Of a stretch of 64,000 bases of DNA, positions 40,843-52,412 are shown in pieces. Both the position numbers and the translations under genes were made by a program. The stretch comes from Candidatus Multivoradales bacterium (lineage in GTDB: Bacteria > Acidobacteriota > Thermoanaerobaculia > Multivoradales > JAHEKO01): positions 320,001 through 384,000 of the forward strand of contig CBDCVR010000015.1 in NCBI GenBank assembly GCA_965223155.1, in the 5' to 3' direction. The notes beneath the pieces are model-generated. The model worked only from the letters and a program-made list of their open reading frames with translations, was not told the DNA's origin and made no database searches. Each line of letters starts with the position of its first letter. The stretch's first letter is position 1.

Positions 40843-42684
40843 ATGCCCTCGATCCTGGGAATCTCAGCCTTCTACCACGACAGCGCCGCGGCTCTGGTCG
40901 TGGACGGGAAGATCGTGGCCGCGGCCCAGGAGGAGCGGTTCACCCGCAAGAAGCACGACTTCCGCTTCCCTCAGAAGGCGATCGAATACTGTCTCGCCGA
41001 GGCTGGGCTCGAAGCCTCCGAGCTCGACTACGTCGTCTTCTACGACAAGCCGCTGACCAAGTTCGAGCGGCTGCTCGAGACCTATGTCGCCTACGCCCCG
41101 GCCGGGTTCCGTTCGTTCAAGAAGGCGATGCCGCTGTGGCTGAAGGAAAAGCTCTGGATGCCGCGCCAGATGGACAAGGGGCTCGGCAAACAGTTCTCCG
41201 GCCGCTACGTCTTTACCGAGCATCACGAGTCGCACGCGGCGAGTGCGTTTTTCCCTTCGCCCTACGAGGAAGCCGCCATCCTCACGATGGACGGGGTCGG
41301 TGAATGGGCGACGGCGAGCTTCGGCACCGGCCGCGGCAACCGCATCGAGCTCACCCACGAGCTCCACTTCCCCCATTCCCTCGGCCTTCTCTACTCGGCC
41401 TTCACCTACTACACCGGCTTCCGGGTCAACAGCGGCGAGTACAAGCTCATGGGCCTAGCGCCCTACGGCGAGCCCAAGTACGCCGAGGTCATCCGCGAGC
41501 ACTTGATCGACCTGAAGGACGACGGCTCGTTCCGCATGGACATGTCGTACTTCAACTACTGCCAGGGCCTGACCATGACCTCGGCCAAGTTCGACCGACT
41601 CTTCGGCGGCCCGCCGCGCCAGCCCGAGTCCGAGCTGACCCAGCGGGAGATGGATCTGGCCGCTTCGGTCCAGTTGGTGACCGAGGAAATCGTGATGAGC
41701 ATGGCCCGGCACGTCCATCAAACAACCGGCATGCAGAACCTGGTGCTGGCCGGGGGCGTTGCCCTCAACTGCGTCGCCAACGGCAAGCTCCTGCGGGAAG
41801 GGCCGTTCGAGTCGATCTGGATCCAGCCGGCGGCCGGGGACGCTGGCGGCGCGCTCGGAGCGGCCCTCTTCGTCTGGCACCAGCTCCTGGACCAGCCCCG
41901 CTCGATCGCCGGCAAGGACGGCCAGTCCGGATCGCTCCTGGGCCCCGAGTTCACAAACGACGAGATCGAGGCGGTCCTGACCGAGGCCGGGGCCGTCTTC
42001 GAGCGGCTCGACAACGACGACGCCCTCTACGACCGCGTCGCGGGCCTCATGACCGAGGAAAAGGTCGTGGGCTGGTTCGCCGGCCGGATGGAATTCGGGC
42101 CGCGCGCCCTGGGCTGCCGCTCGATCGTCGGCGACGCCAGGAGCCGGGACATGCAGCGGACCATGAACGTCAAGATCAAGTTCCGCGAGTCCTTCCGCCC
42201 CTTCGCCCCGGTGGTGATCTCGGACAACAACCACGAGTACTTCGAGTTCGAAAAGGGCCAGGAGAGCCCCTACATGCTGGTGGTCGCCGACGTGCGCGAC
42301 GGCAAGCGCATCCCGATCCCTGAAGATGCGGCCAGCGCGCAGGGGCTCGACAAGTTGAAGGTCATACGCTCCGAGGTGCCGGCGATCACTCACGTGGACT
42401 ACTCGGCCCGCGTCCAGAGCGTCGACCGCGAGCGGAACCCCCGCTTCCGCGGGCTCCTCGACGCTTTCTACGCCAAGACCGGATGCCCGGTCGCGATCAA
42501 CACCAGCTTCAACATCCGGGGCGAGCCGATCGTCTGCACCCCCGAGGACGCCTACCGGTGTTTCCTCGCCACCGACATGGACGTTCTGGTGCTCGAGAAC
42601 TTCGTCCTGTTGAAGGAAAACCAGCCCGAGCTTCTGAGCCGGCGCGAACGCGACAAGTACATCGCGAGCTTCGATCTGGACTAA
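40843..42684 (+). CDS. O-carbamoyltransferase (NodU/CmcH/SxtI family)
   Basis: ILGISAFYHDSAA, EERFTRKKH, HH.SHAAS, GEYKLMGLAPYG, GGVALNCVAN, EFGPRALG.RS, KFRESFRPFAP, NTSFN. Confidence 0.95.
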   Translation: MPSILGISAFYHDSAAALVVDGKIVAAAQEERFTRKKHDFRFPQKAIEYCLAEAGLEASELDYVVFYDKPLTKFERLLETYVAYAPAGFRSFKKAMPLWLKEKLWMPRQMDKGLGKQFSGRYVFTEHHESHAASAFFPSPYEEAAILTMDGVGEWATASFGTGRGNRIELTHELHFPHSLGLLYSAFTYYTGFRVNSGEYKLMGLAPYGEPKYAEVIREHLIDLKDDGSFRMDMSYFNYCQGLTMTSAKFDRLFGGPPRQPESELTQREMDLAASVQLVTEEIVMSMARHVHQTTGMQNLVLAGGVALNCVANGKLLREGPFESIWIQPAAGDAGGALGAALFVWHQLLDQPRSIAGKDGQSGSLLGPEFTNDEIEAVLTEAGAVFERLDNDDALYDRVAGLMTEEKVVGWFAGRMEFGPRALGCRSIVGDARSRDMQRTMNVKIKFRESFRPFAPVVISDNNHEYFEFEKGQESPYMLVVADVRDGKRIPIPEDAASAQGLDKLKVIRSEVPAITHVDYSARVQSVDRERNPRFRGLLDAFYAKTGCPVAINTSFNIRGEPIVCTPEDAYRCFLATDMDVLVLENFVLLKENQPELLSRRERDKYIASFDLD

Positions 42685-42694
42685 GAGACCGCCG

Positions 42695-43105
42695 ATGATC
42701 GACATCAACTGGAATCCCACGAAACGCGAGCTCCGGCAGTTCTCGGTCGCACTCCTCGTCGCCTCGGGGCTGGTCGGCGGCCTCCTCTGGTGGCGGCTGG
42801 GACCCAATCCCTGGTCTCAAGCGCTCTGGATCGGCGGCCCGATCGCCTCGGTCATCGGCCTCCTGGCTCCGCCCGCGATCAAGCCCCTCTTTCTGGGCCT
42901 GACCCTTCTGGCCTTCCCCATCGGCCTGGTCATCGGCACGCTCGCCCTGGCTCTCGTCTACTACGGCATGGTCACCCCGATCGGGCTCGTCTTCCGGCTC
43001 TTCGGGCGCGATCTCATGAAGCGCAAGCCCGATCCCGAGGCCACGAGCTACTGGATCCGCCGGCCGTCCCAGGTCCCGGCCAAACGCTACTTCCAGCAGT
43101 TTTAG
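42695..43105 (+). CDS. SxtJ-family membrane protein
   Basis: ELRQF, TMs, YYGMVTPIGL..RLFGRD, SYWI, ends YFQQF. Confidence 0.85.
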   Translation: MIDINWNPTKRELRQFSVALLVASGLVGGLLWWRLGPNPWSQALWIGGPIASVIGLLAPPAIKPLFLGLTLLAFPIGLVIGTLALALVYYGMVTPIGLVFRLFGRDLMKRKPDPEATSYWIRRPSQVPAKRYFQQF

Positions 43106-43136
43106 CGCTAGAATCGGCAGCGGGAGAGCGAACACC

Positions 43137-43334
43137 ATGAGCCAATCCGACCGTAGCGATTTCGAGCAAGCAGCCCAAGCCGGACGGCAGAGCTTCCTGT
43201 CCGAGTTCGCCCAGTTCCTGATGGAAAACAAGAAGTGGTGGATGGTCCCGATCCTGGCGGTCCTGCTTCTGGTCGGCGTGCTGCTCATCGCCGGCGGTAG
43301 CGGCGTCGCGCCGTTCATCTACACGCTGTTCTAG
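43137..43334 (+). CDS. DUF5989/SxtK-like small single-TM protein
   Basis: EFAQFLMENKKWWMVP-TM-APFIYTLF; GGAG RBS. Confidence 0.88.
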   Translation: MSQSDRSDFEQAAQAGRQSFLSEFAQFLMENKKWWMVPILAVLLLVGVLLIAGGSGVAPFIYTLF

Positions 43335-43382
43335 AGCGCCGGCCGCCGATCCTGCCGTTGGACTGGGAGGGATCCGCTCTCG

Positions 43383-45191
43383 CTACGACTGGGTCGAACC
43401 GGTCTGGAGGGCCCAAAGCTTCGCGTAGACGCCCCCGGAAGCGAGAAGCTCTTGGTGCGTGCCACGTTCCACGAGCCTGCCCGCCTCCAGCACCAAGATC
43501 TCGTCGGCTGTCGTGAGCGTCGACAGGCGGTGGGCCACGACGAGCATCGTGCGTTCGCCCTTGATCCGCTCCAGCGCCTCGTGAACCGCCCTCTCGGAGC
43601 GGCTGTCCAGGTGGCTGGTGGCTTCGTCCAGGACCAAGACGTCCGGGTCCCTCAGGATCGTGCGCGCCAAGGCAATCCTCTGGCGCTGTCCCGCTGAGAG
43701 GCGGTATCCCTGGTCGCCGACGATCGAGTCGTAGCCGTCGGCGAGGCCGAGAATGAAGTCGTGCGCGTCCGCCGCCCGGGCCGCTTCTTCGATGGCGTCG
43801 TCGGGAGCGGCCAATCGCCCAAACGCGATGTTCTCCCGAACCGACGCGTGAAAGATGAACGCGTCTTGCGTCACCACGCCGATGTGCTTCCGCCATGAGG
43901 ACCAATCCAGCTCTCCCGCCGCAACGCCGTCGACGAAGATCTCGCCCGAGGTCGGCCGGTAGAGGCCAAGCAGGAGATCCGCCACGCTCGATTTCCCCGA
44001 GCCCGATTCCCCCACCAGCCCGAGCACCTTTCCCTTGGGCAGGGTGAACGAGAGCTCGCTCAGCGCCGGCCGTTCTCCGTCTTCGTAGGAGAGCCCCACA
44101 TCGCGAAACTCGATCCCTTCCGCGAACGCCCTGATTGCCGTCCCGCCACGAGGTCGGGCTTCGAGCTCCTTGTCCTCGAGGATAGCCGCCACGTTGCGGA
44201 CGAACTGCCAGTGGTTGCTGATGTAGCCGACGCGTACGTTGACGGCTTTGGCCTTCGGCACCAACCGGTACAACGCATAGAGAAAGGCCAGGATCCGAGG
44301 CATGGCCCCGGTCGCGGCCCCTCCCATCACGACGTACCCTCCGACCAAAAAGCCCGCGACCGCCAGCACGGTCAAGGCGTCAGTCAGGGGACCGATCACA
44401 GCATGCCAGGTGAGCCCCCGAAGGCGGTACTTGACACTGTCCTGAATCGCGGCGCCGACGCGCTCGATCGCAAACCGTTCGCGTCCGAACGTGTGAACGA
44501 TCCGAAGGCCGCTCAGGAACTCGACGGTGCGGGCGCTCAACGCGACGCTCGCCTCGGTGAACTTCTTGCCCATCGCTCGGATCCTGACGAGGATCCTCTG
44601 AAACGGCTTTGCCAGAACCAGCATGACCGCGAGCGCAATGAGGCTCATCTGCCAGGAAAGAAATACCATGGCGATCGCGTACGCCACGACGAGAAAGCTG
44701 TGGCCCGCGATCACATTCAGTAGCTGGATGACGTGCCCTACGTAGTTGACCTGATCGTTATAGGACGCCAGCTCGCCAACCTTGAAGCGCATGACCTGCG
44801 CGTAGTTCACCGAAACCAGCCTCTGGAACACGCGATTCTTGAGGTCGCCTTCGACCTTGGCCTGAAGGCGCGCGGCCGCGACCCGGCTGCAGAAGGCGAG
44901 AAGGCTTACCGCAAGCTGGGCTACCACCGCGAGCGCGATCAACGCCAGGAAGGTGCGCTCTCTACCTTGCGAGGCGAAAAGTCCCGCCACAGCCTCCGTG
45001 GGCCCGGGAAGTGCCTGGAGCAGCTCGGTGGGGTCCCGTCCCGACCAGACGTTGAGAGCCAGCACGAGAACGCCGACCGTGCCGCCCTCGAAGACCATGG
45101 CGACGGCGCTCGAAACCACGGCGACGGCCGCCAGGCGCCAGCGGCGCTTCAACGCGCCAACGAGGAAGCGCTTTGCTGATCCGTCTCGCAT
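43383..45191 (-). CDS. ABC transporter permease/ATPase (MsbA/PglK-like glycan flippase)
   Basis: Start corrected to MRDGSAKRF; 6 TMs, GESGSGKS, LSAGQRQR, LDEATS, AHRLST. Confidence 0.88.
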   Translation of the reverse strand: MRDGSAKRFLVGALKRRWRLAAVAVVSSAVAMVFEGGTVGVLVLALNVWSGRDPTELLQALPGPTEAVAGLFASQGRERTFLALIALAVVAQLAVSLLAFCSRVAAARLQAKVEGDLKNRVFQRLVSVNYAQVMRFKVGELASYNDQVNYVGHVIQLLNVIAGHSFLVVAYAIAMVFLSWQMSLIALAVMLVLAKPFQRILVRIRAMGKKFTEASVALSARTVEFLSGLRIVHTFGRERFAIERVGAAIQDSVKYRLRGLTWHAVIGPLTDALTVLAVAGFLVGGYVVMGGAATGAMPRILAFLYALYRLVPKAKAVNVRVGYISNHWQFVRNVAAILEDKELEARPRGGTAIRAFAEGIEFRDVGLSYEDGERPALSELSFTLPKGKVLGLVGESGSGKSSVADLLLGLYRPTSGEIFVDGVAAGELDWSSWRKHIGVVTQDAFIFHASVRENIAFGRLAAPDDAIEEAARAADAHDFILGLADGYDSIVGDQGYRLSAGQRQRIALARTILRDPDVLVLDEATSHLDSRSERAVHEALERIKGERTMLVVAHRLSTLTTADEILVLEAGRLVERGTHQELLASGGVYAKLWALQTGSTQS

Positions 45192-45259
45192 GTACAAGAA
45201 AGCAGCCGGCGTACCGCGGGGCCCTCGCGCGTGCCCGCCCCCCGATCGGCGGTGCGCGC

Positions 45260-46039
45260 CTAGGTTTGCTCGATAGCTGGCTTCACCCCGACGCCGATCA
45301 GGTTCTTGCCGCGGACGATTGGAAATGGAAGATGCATGGTTCGTTTGACGAACTGCCGATACGCCCACCATAGGAACCGATCGAAGACCAAGCGAACGAG
45401 CCAGCGCGGATCCTCTCCAAAGTCTCCATAGACCCGGTCGATTTCGAAGTCCGTGGCCCTCAGCGCTTGCGACAGGCTCTCGACCGAGAAACCGATCCCA
45501 TGGGTCATGTCCGCATACCGCGTCCGCAGGTTCAGGGGATTGCTCATGTTCGGAACCCGAGTGATCACGCGGCCACCCGGACGCAGCGCGCTCCGGCACC
45601 CTCGCAGAACCTCCATGGCGTAGTCCTTCGTCATGTGCTCGAGAACGTCGCTCATCACGATCGCGTCAAAGAACTCCGACGACTGGCGCAGAAACTCCGC
45701 GCCGTCCACGCACTCGGCATCGAGTCCACGGCTGGTGCAGTACTCCACCTGCTGGCGGGAGGCGTCGATCCCCTTGAGCGCGCCGTATCCGGCACGAGCG
45801 GCGGCCTGCAGAAAGGCGCCGTTCCCACAACCGATCTCGAGGATCCGTGCCGAACGATCCTCGGGAAGGAGGCCAACAAGCGAACGACCCTGGGCGCCGA
45901 TCGAGCGCTCGTAGCCTTCATCCGACAGATCGTTCAGATACCGGTATTGGCTCTCGACATAGGAGTCGTAGAAGTCGCGGCGGACGTCGTCCAGTTCAAC
46001 TCCTTCACGCCGTTGACTTTCGCTTGTGGTGACTGTCAT
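45260..46039 (-). CDS. class I SAM-dependent methyltransferase
   Basis: ILEIGCGNG, DVLEH, LRPGG, VPN. Confidence 0.88.
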   Translation of the reverse strand: MTVTTSESQRREGVELDDVRRDFYDSYVESQYRYLNDLSDEGYERSIGAQGRSLVGLLPEDRSARILEIGCGNGAFLQAAARAGYGALKGIDASRQQVEYCTSRGLDAECVDGAEFLRQSSEFFDAIVMSDVLEHMTKDYAMEVLRGCRSALRPGGRVITRVPNMSNPLNLRTRYADMTHGIGFSVESLSQALRATDFEIDRVYGDFGEDPRWLVRLVFDRFLWWAYRQFVKRTMHLPFPIVRGKNLIGVGVKPAIEQT

Positions 46040-46119
46040 TCTGCCCGTTCCTCATTGGTTCCCGCGGCGATTCTCGTTCCGCGACACCTCGTCACGACTC
46101 TTCGACTCTCGTCGTCGTC

Positions 46120-47031
46120 ATGCCCTTCCAGCACCGCAGCTCCTGTCCACTTTGCGCCGCCGGAGGAACCGGGGTTCTCTTCTCAACGCCGTACTCGGGC
46201 CCGGACCTCACCGGGTTTCTGGCATCTTACTACCAGAGCCGGCTGCCTCTCGACACCGTCCAAGGCATCGACTACGTCCTGAACCGATGCCATCGCTGTC
46301 GATTCGTGTGGCAACCGAATTGCCTCGACCCTGTCGCGGCGCAGCGCCTCTACTCCGAGTGGATCAGTCCCGCCGACAGCCTGGCCGCCAAGAATCGAGC
46401 CGGCGTGGCTGTCTATTCCGGCTACGCCCGGCAGCTCGAGGCCCTGCCCGGCCGGCTGGGCAAGCCGGCCCACGAGATCCGGGTCCTGGACTTCGGCATG
46501 GGCTGGGGGCGTTGGTGCCAGATGGCCCTGGCGCTCGGCTTCGACGCCTGCGGGATCGAAGCCTCCCCCGAGCGCGTGCGGCACGCCCGGGAGCGGGGCA
46601 TCCCGGCCTTCGCAGACGTCCCCTCCCTTGGGGAGCAACGCTTCGACTTCATCAATGCCGAACAGGTCTTCGAGCACCTGGACGATCCGCTCGGCGTACT
46701 GCGTCAGTTGGCGGGCCTGCTCGGTCCCGGCGGCCTCGTGCGCATCTCGGTTCCAAACGCCACGCCGGATCTCAAGCGAGCGCGGCGAGGCGGGTGGCGG
46801 CCCGCGAAGAACGCTCTCCAGCCGCTCGAGCACATCAACTGCTTCACCAACTCGACGCTCAAGTTCCTGGGCCGCCAGGCCGGCCTCGTGGCCGCGCGGC
46901 AGCCCTTCCTGCCCGGCCAGGGCCTGCTGGGAAAGTCCTTCCGGCGCGGGCTGGCTCCGTACCTCAAGAGCCTCGTCGGCGTTCCCTACCGCTCCTGGTT
47001 CGGGACCACGCTCTGGTTCGAGCGCGCCTGA
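46120..47031 (+). CDS. class I SAM-dependent methyltransferase with N-terminal Zn-ribbon
   Basis: CPLC..CHRC, LDFGMGWG, VFEHL.DP, VPN, EHINCF. Confidence 0.88.
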   Translation: MPFQHRSSCPLCAAGGTGVLFSTPYSGPDLTGFLASYYQSRLPLDTVQGIDYVLNRCHRCRFVWQPNCLDPVAAQRLYSEWISPADSLAAKNRAGVAVYSGYARQLEALPGRLGKPAHEIRVLDFGMGWGRWCQMALALGFDACGIEASPERVRHARERGIPAFADVPSLGEQRFDFINAEQVFEHLDDPLGVLRQLAGLLGPGGLVRISVPNATPDLKRARRGGWRPAKNALQPLEHINCFTNSTLKFLGRQAGLVAARQPFLPGQGLLGKSFRRGLAPYLKSLVGVPYRSWFGTTLWFERA

Positions 47032-47271
47032 GTCGGCTTCCTGAATCGTCCAGCCCGAACACCAGCCGCCGCGGGTTCGAAGCGGCCGGGCGTCAAGGCC
47101 GCTCCGGCACCGGCCACCAAAGCCAGCCTAGTTCTCGCGCAGGGCGGTCAGAGCGGACGGCGCCTACGGCCTTCGAGCGGCGGCCTCGTCCGCTTTCTGG
47201 CGCCTTCTGGCGCCTTCCCTGCTGAGCCGGCTCGGTTCCACCTTCCAATGGCTCCGAGAGTTTCACTCCAC

Positions 47272-47303
47272 AAGAAAAACGGCCCGGGTTGCCCCGGGCC
47301 GTT
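47272..47303 (-). terminator. rho-independent terminator of groESL
   Basis: AACGGCCCGGG-ttgc-CCCGGGCCGTT with an A-run on + (U-tract on -). Confidence 0.88.
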
Positions 47304-47329
47304 CGAGATGCTGATGCGTTGAGCGCGGA

Positions 47330-48985
<1,656 letters not shown>

Positions 48986-49011
48986 CTATTCCTCCTGTGT
49001 CAGCCTTCGGC

Positions 49012-49305
<294 letters not shown>

Positions 49306-49381
49306 TAGAAAACTCCTCCTCCATGGTTCGTACGAACCGTTTGATTTGGGATGACTTCGCTCGATCGGGGCGGAGCGCTTG

Positions 49382-49408
49382 TTAGCACTCGGCCCGGACG
49401 AGTGCCAA
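49382..49408 (-). promoter_or_regulatory. CIRCE (HrcA operator)
   Basis: TTAGCACTC-N9-GAGTGCCAA, one mismatch to consensus. Confidence 0.95.
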
Positions 49409-49436
49409 TCGTAGCCGCAGGCCGCAGGGGTGTCAA
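49408..49436 (-). promoter_or_regulatory. sigma70 promoter of groESL
   Basis: Minus strand TTGACA-17 nt-TACGAT abutting CIRCE. Confidence 0.88.
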
Positions 49437-49988
49437 GAGGGGTGGGCTGAGGGAGTGGCCTGGGAAGGAACCCGCGGGCCGCCGCGGGCCGCTCTTTCGA
49501 GAAGCCTTTCCGGGAAATAGCCGGACCGGCGGCTCGACAAGGGCGGGCCCCCGCGGCCGGGCACTGAAAGGATTCTGGATCTTGCGGCACCGGGCCAGAG
49601 TCGGGCCCAAGATCCACCCAAACCGGCCAAGATCGGCCGGATCGAGCCTAACTGGCCGGCGAACTCTCGACAAAATTTGTCGCAACCCTGTGATAGCGTT
49701 GTCACACTTCGCGAGTCACGCGGTTCCAGGCCGCAGCCCAGCGGCCGTTTCCTGATGGGAGGAAAGCGAATGGGACATCGACTCTGTCCAGGCTCTCGGA
49801 CCGCCGGCCGGCCCGGCGGCTACTGGACAACTCCACGCCACGCTGGCAAGTGGCGAACCGTCAGCCTTGCGCTGCGAGGCCGGCTGTCCTTGCGTGTCCT
49901 TCAGACTCGCGGACCGAAGAGTCCAAATCTCAGAACGACATCGGTCCACGCCAAGCAAGCGACGGCCGCAGGGCCAGGAACCAACACC

Positions 49989-50108
49989 ATGACCAGAACC
50001 GCGACCGTCGCCTCATATGCCCTTCTCGCGATCCTGAGCGCGGGCGCCACCCTCGCCCAGGACGGCAACGTGGGCACCAGCACGAAAAGCTCGGCCGAAA
50101 AGCACTGA
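49989..50108 (+). pseudogene. 39-aa signal peptide + GNVG remnant, probably a truncated fibre-family paralogue
   Basis: MTRTATVASYALLAILSAGATLAQDGNVGTST..*. Confidence 0.35.
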
Positions 50109-50122
50109 CCACGGAGGATCCC

Positions 50123-50833
50123 ATGCCGCACCACCGAAACCATCTGCTTCTCCTGCTCGCTGTTCTTCTCTTCGGCCCGGCCACGAGCCACGCCGAAGAC
50201 GCGCTCACCGTGACAGCCTCCGGCGACGTCGGAATCGGCGTCAGCCAACCCGCTGACACACTCCATCTTCGCGGTGACGACGGAACGACGCGTCTCCTGG
50301 TCCAGGAGGTGAGCTCGACCTTTGCGGAGCGGGTCCTGATGAACCTCTCGAACAACGGACCCGTGCGCTTCAACATCTCTGACAGCTCGTCGGGAGCGAC
50401 TTGGGCCTTCAAGACCGCCGGGGCCGGAATGCCGTTCTTCGACATCTCCAAAGACGGGACCGGGGTCGCTGAGCTCCGCATCGATGCGACCACCGGCAAT
50501 CTGACAATTCAAGGGGACGTCATCACCGCGAGCTGTCCCTCCGGATGCGGAGCGGACTACGTCTTCGAGCCGGGATACCCACTGCGTGCCCTGGACGAAC
50601 TGGCGGCCTTCATCAAGAGCCGCGGCCATCTTCCCAACATTCCGTCGGCCGCCGAGATGGAACGCGACGGCCTCAACGTCACCCAGCTGGCCGTGCGCCT
50701 CCTCGAAAAAGTCGAGGAGCTCACCCTCTACACCCTGGAGCAAGAAGCCAAGATCGAGAAGCTCCAGAAGCAAGCCGCAAGACTGGACGAGCTCGAAGCG
50801 CTCGTGCGGACCTTGTCATCCCGAGAACAATGA
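50123..50833 (+). CDS. secreted fibre-like protein (GxVGIG module + C-terminal chaperone-like/coiled-coil domain)
   Basis: GGAGG RBS, signal peptide, ASGDVGIG..P...LH, ADYVFE..Y.L, HLPNIPSAAE, LLEKVEELTLY. Confidence 0.8.
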   Translation: MPHHRNHLLLLLAVLLFGPATSHAEDALTVTASGDVGIGVSQPADTLHLRGDDGTTRLLVQEVSSTFAERVLMNLSNNGPVRFNISDSSSGATWAFKTAGAGMPFFDISKDGTGVAELRIDATTGNLTIQGDVITASCPSGCGADYVFEPGYPLRALDELAAFIKSRGHLPNIPSAAEMERDGLNVTQLAVRLLEKVEELTLYTLEQEAKIEKLQKQAARLDELEALVRTLSSREQ

Positions 50834-50859
50834 CGGCTGTATCTTCGAAGGAGAACGCC

Positions 50860-52322
50860 ATGAAGAAGTGGTTGGTTTGTCTAGCAGTTGCGATTCTTGC
50901 ATTCGGCGACACCGCTTGGGCTCGAGAGGACCAGATCGGCGCCCGCGGCTTCTCTCCCGAGAAGGCCTTCCAACTCGGGGAGGTTGATAACGTCAACCTC
51001 TTCAACGGTGCGCTGACGGCCACCATCCCGATCGGCCAGCAGTACCCGGTCTCGGAAGCCCTTTCGTACGGCTTCACGGTCGTCCATAGCTCGCTCGCTT
51101 GGGACCTCGAAGAAGACGTGGTGGACCTCGGCGGAGCCAACTACCTGGACGTCACGCGTCCCTTCCCTAGCCACCTCTGGAACGTCGGCATGGGCTGGTC
51201 GCTGTCTTTAGGTCTCCTCTACCCACCCCAGGATCCGACGCCGAACCCGACACTCGGACCGACAGCCGACAATCCGAACGACTCCGACCTCTGGCTCTAT
51301 GTCAGCCCGGACTCGGCCAAGCACTACCTCTACGATTCGCTCCACGACAACGACGTCGACGACGGCTCGAACGACACCAGCTACACGCGAGACAACACGT
51401 ATCTGCGCATCATCCACGACGCGAACGCCTCCACGCGCACAGTCGAATTCCCCGACGGCCAGAAGCACGTCTTCAAGCAGAGTCCGGGACTCCACTGGCG
51501 CCCCACCAGGTTCGAGGACACCAGCGGCAACCACGTCGATATTGCGTACACCGACGGTGGCTCGGCCTCGACTTGGCAGATCACAGACATGCACGGCCGC
51601 TCGCACACCTTCCAGTTTGCCCAAGAAGAAGGCCTGGCTCGCCACCAGCTTCAGTCCGCCGACCTGGCGGCCTTTGGAGGAGGTCGAGCGCTCTACAGCT
51701 TCTCGTACCAGGACGAGAGTCTTACACAGTGCTATCGACACACTGACCCTACGATCGATCCAAAGCCCTCCATGGACGTGGCTCTTCTGACCCAAATCAC
51801 GCAACCCGACGGCTCGACTTGGACGATGCTCGACGGCGGCAATCCTGCCTACGGGACCGACTGCGAAACCCCGGGCGGCCTACCCGGGGCGCTCAACCAC
51901 CTGGTCGTACCGACCGCGGGCGCGATCGACTGGACCTACGGCACCTGGAGGGTCCCGGCCGACAATCAGCCTCGCTTCGTGGGGGTTTCGGGGGTCGTCG
52001 TCAAGGCGCTGACCGACGTCGACGGCAGCCCGCTCGGAGTCTGGAAGTACCGCAACGAGCTCTTCCCGCCACAGCCCTACTGCGATCCGCCCCAGCCAGG
52101 CTGCCCGCAGTTCCCCACCGAGACGCGCACCGTCGTCGCCGCTCCCGACGATGCCTTCTGCACGATCCACTACTTTGACGCTGACCCCATCGCCGGCTTC
52201 GCCAACGGCTGGTCCATGGGTCTTCCGTTCTCCCGGCAAAACGCCCTCGAGGATCTCTTCCTGTCCAAGGAGACCTACGAAGCGGTCGGCTCGACCACGG
52301 TCCCCCCCTTTGAGGTTCCAGA
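50860..52322 (+). pseudogene. N-terminal part of a secreted RHS/YD-repeat-like protein, truncated
   Basis: AAGGAG RBS, signal peptide; VNLFNGAL, GMGWSL, SPD..KH, FPDG, D.SGN.V.I.Y, ITDMHGR, LTQITQPDG; frame runs into the IS110 element. Confidence 0.7.
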
Positions 52323-52412
52323 TGAGATGAGTCGGTCGGTCTCCAGCTGGGACACTGTGCCAGTTGGAGATAACCAAGGAATCGGCATCAGAGCCGAGAA
52401 AGGAGACCGACC

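Noticed and set aside
40843-43334. Saxitoxin biosynthesis (sxtI/J/K homologues)
   Set aside because: No sxtA, sxtG or other core genes; the context is glycan biosynthesis.
47195-47214. TTCTGGCGCC x2 direct repeat in intergenic DNA
   Set aside because: Only two short units and no associated feature.
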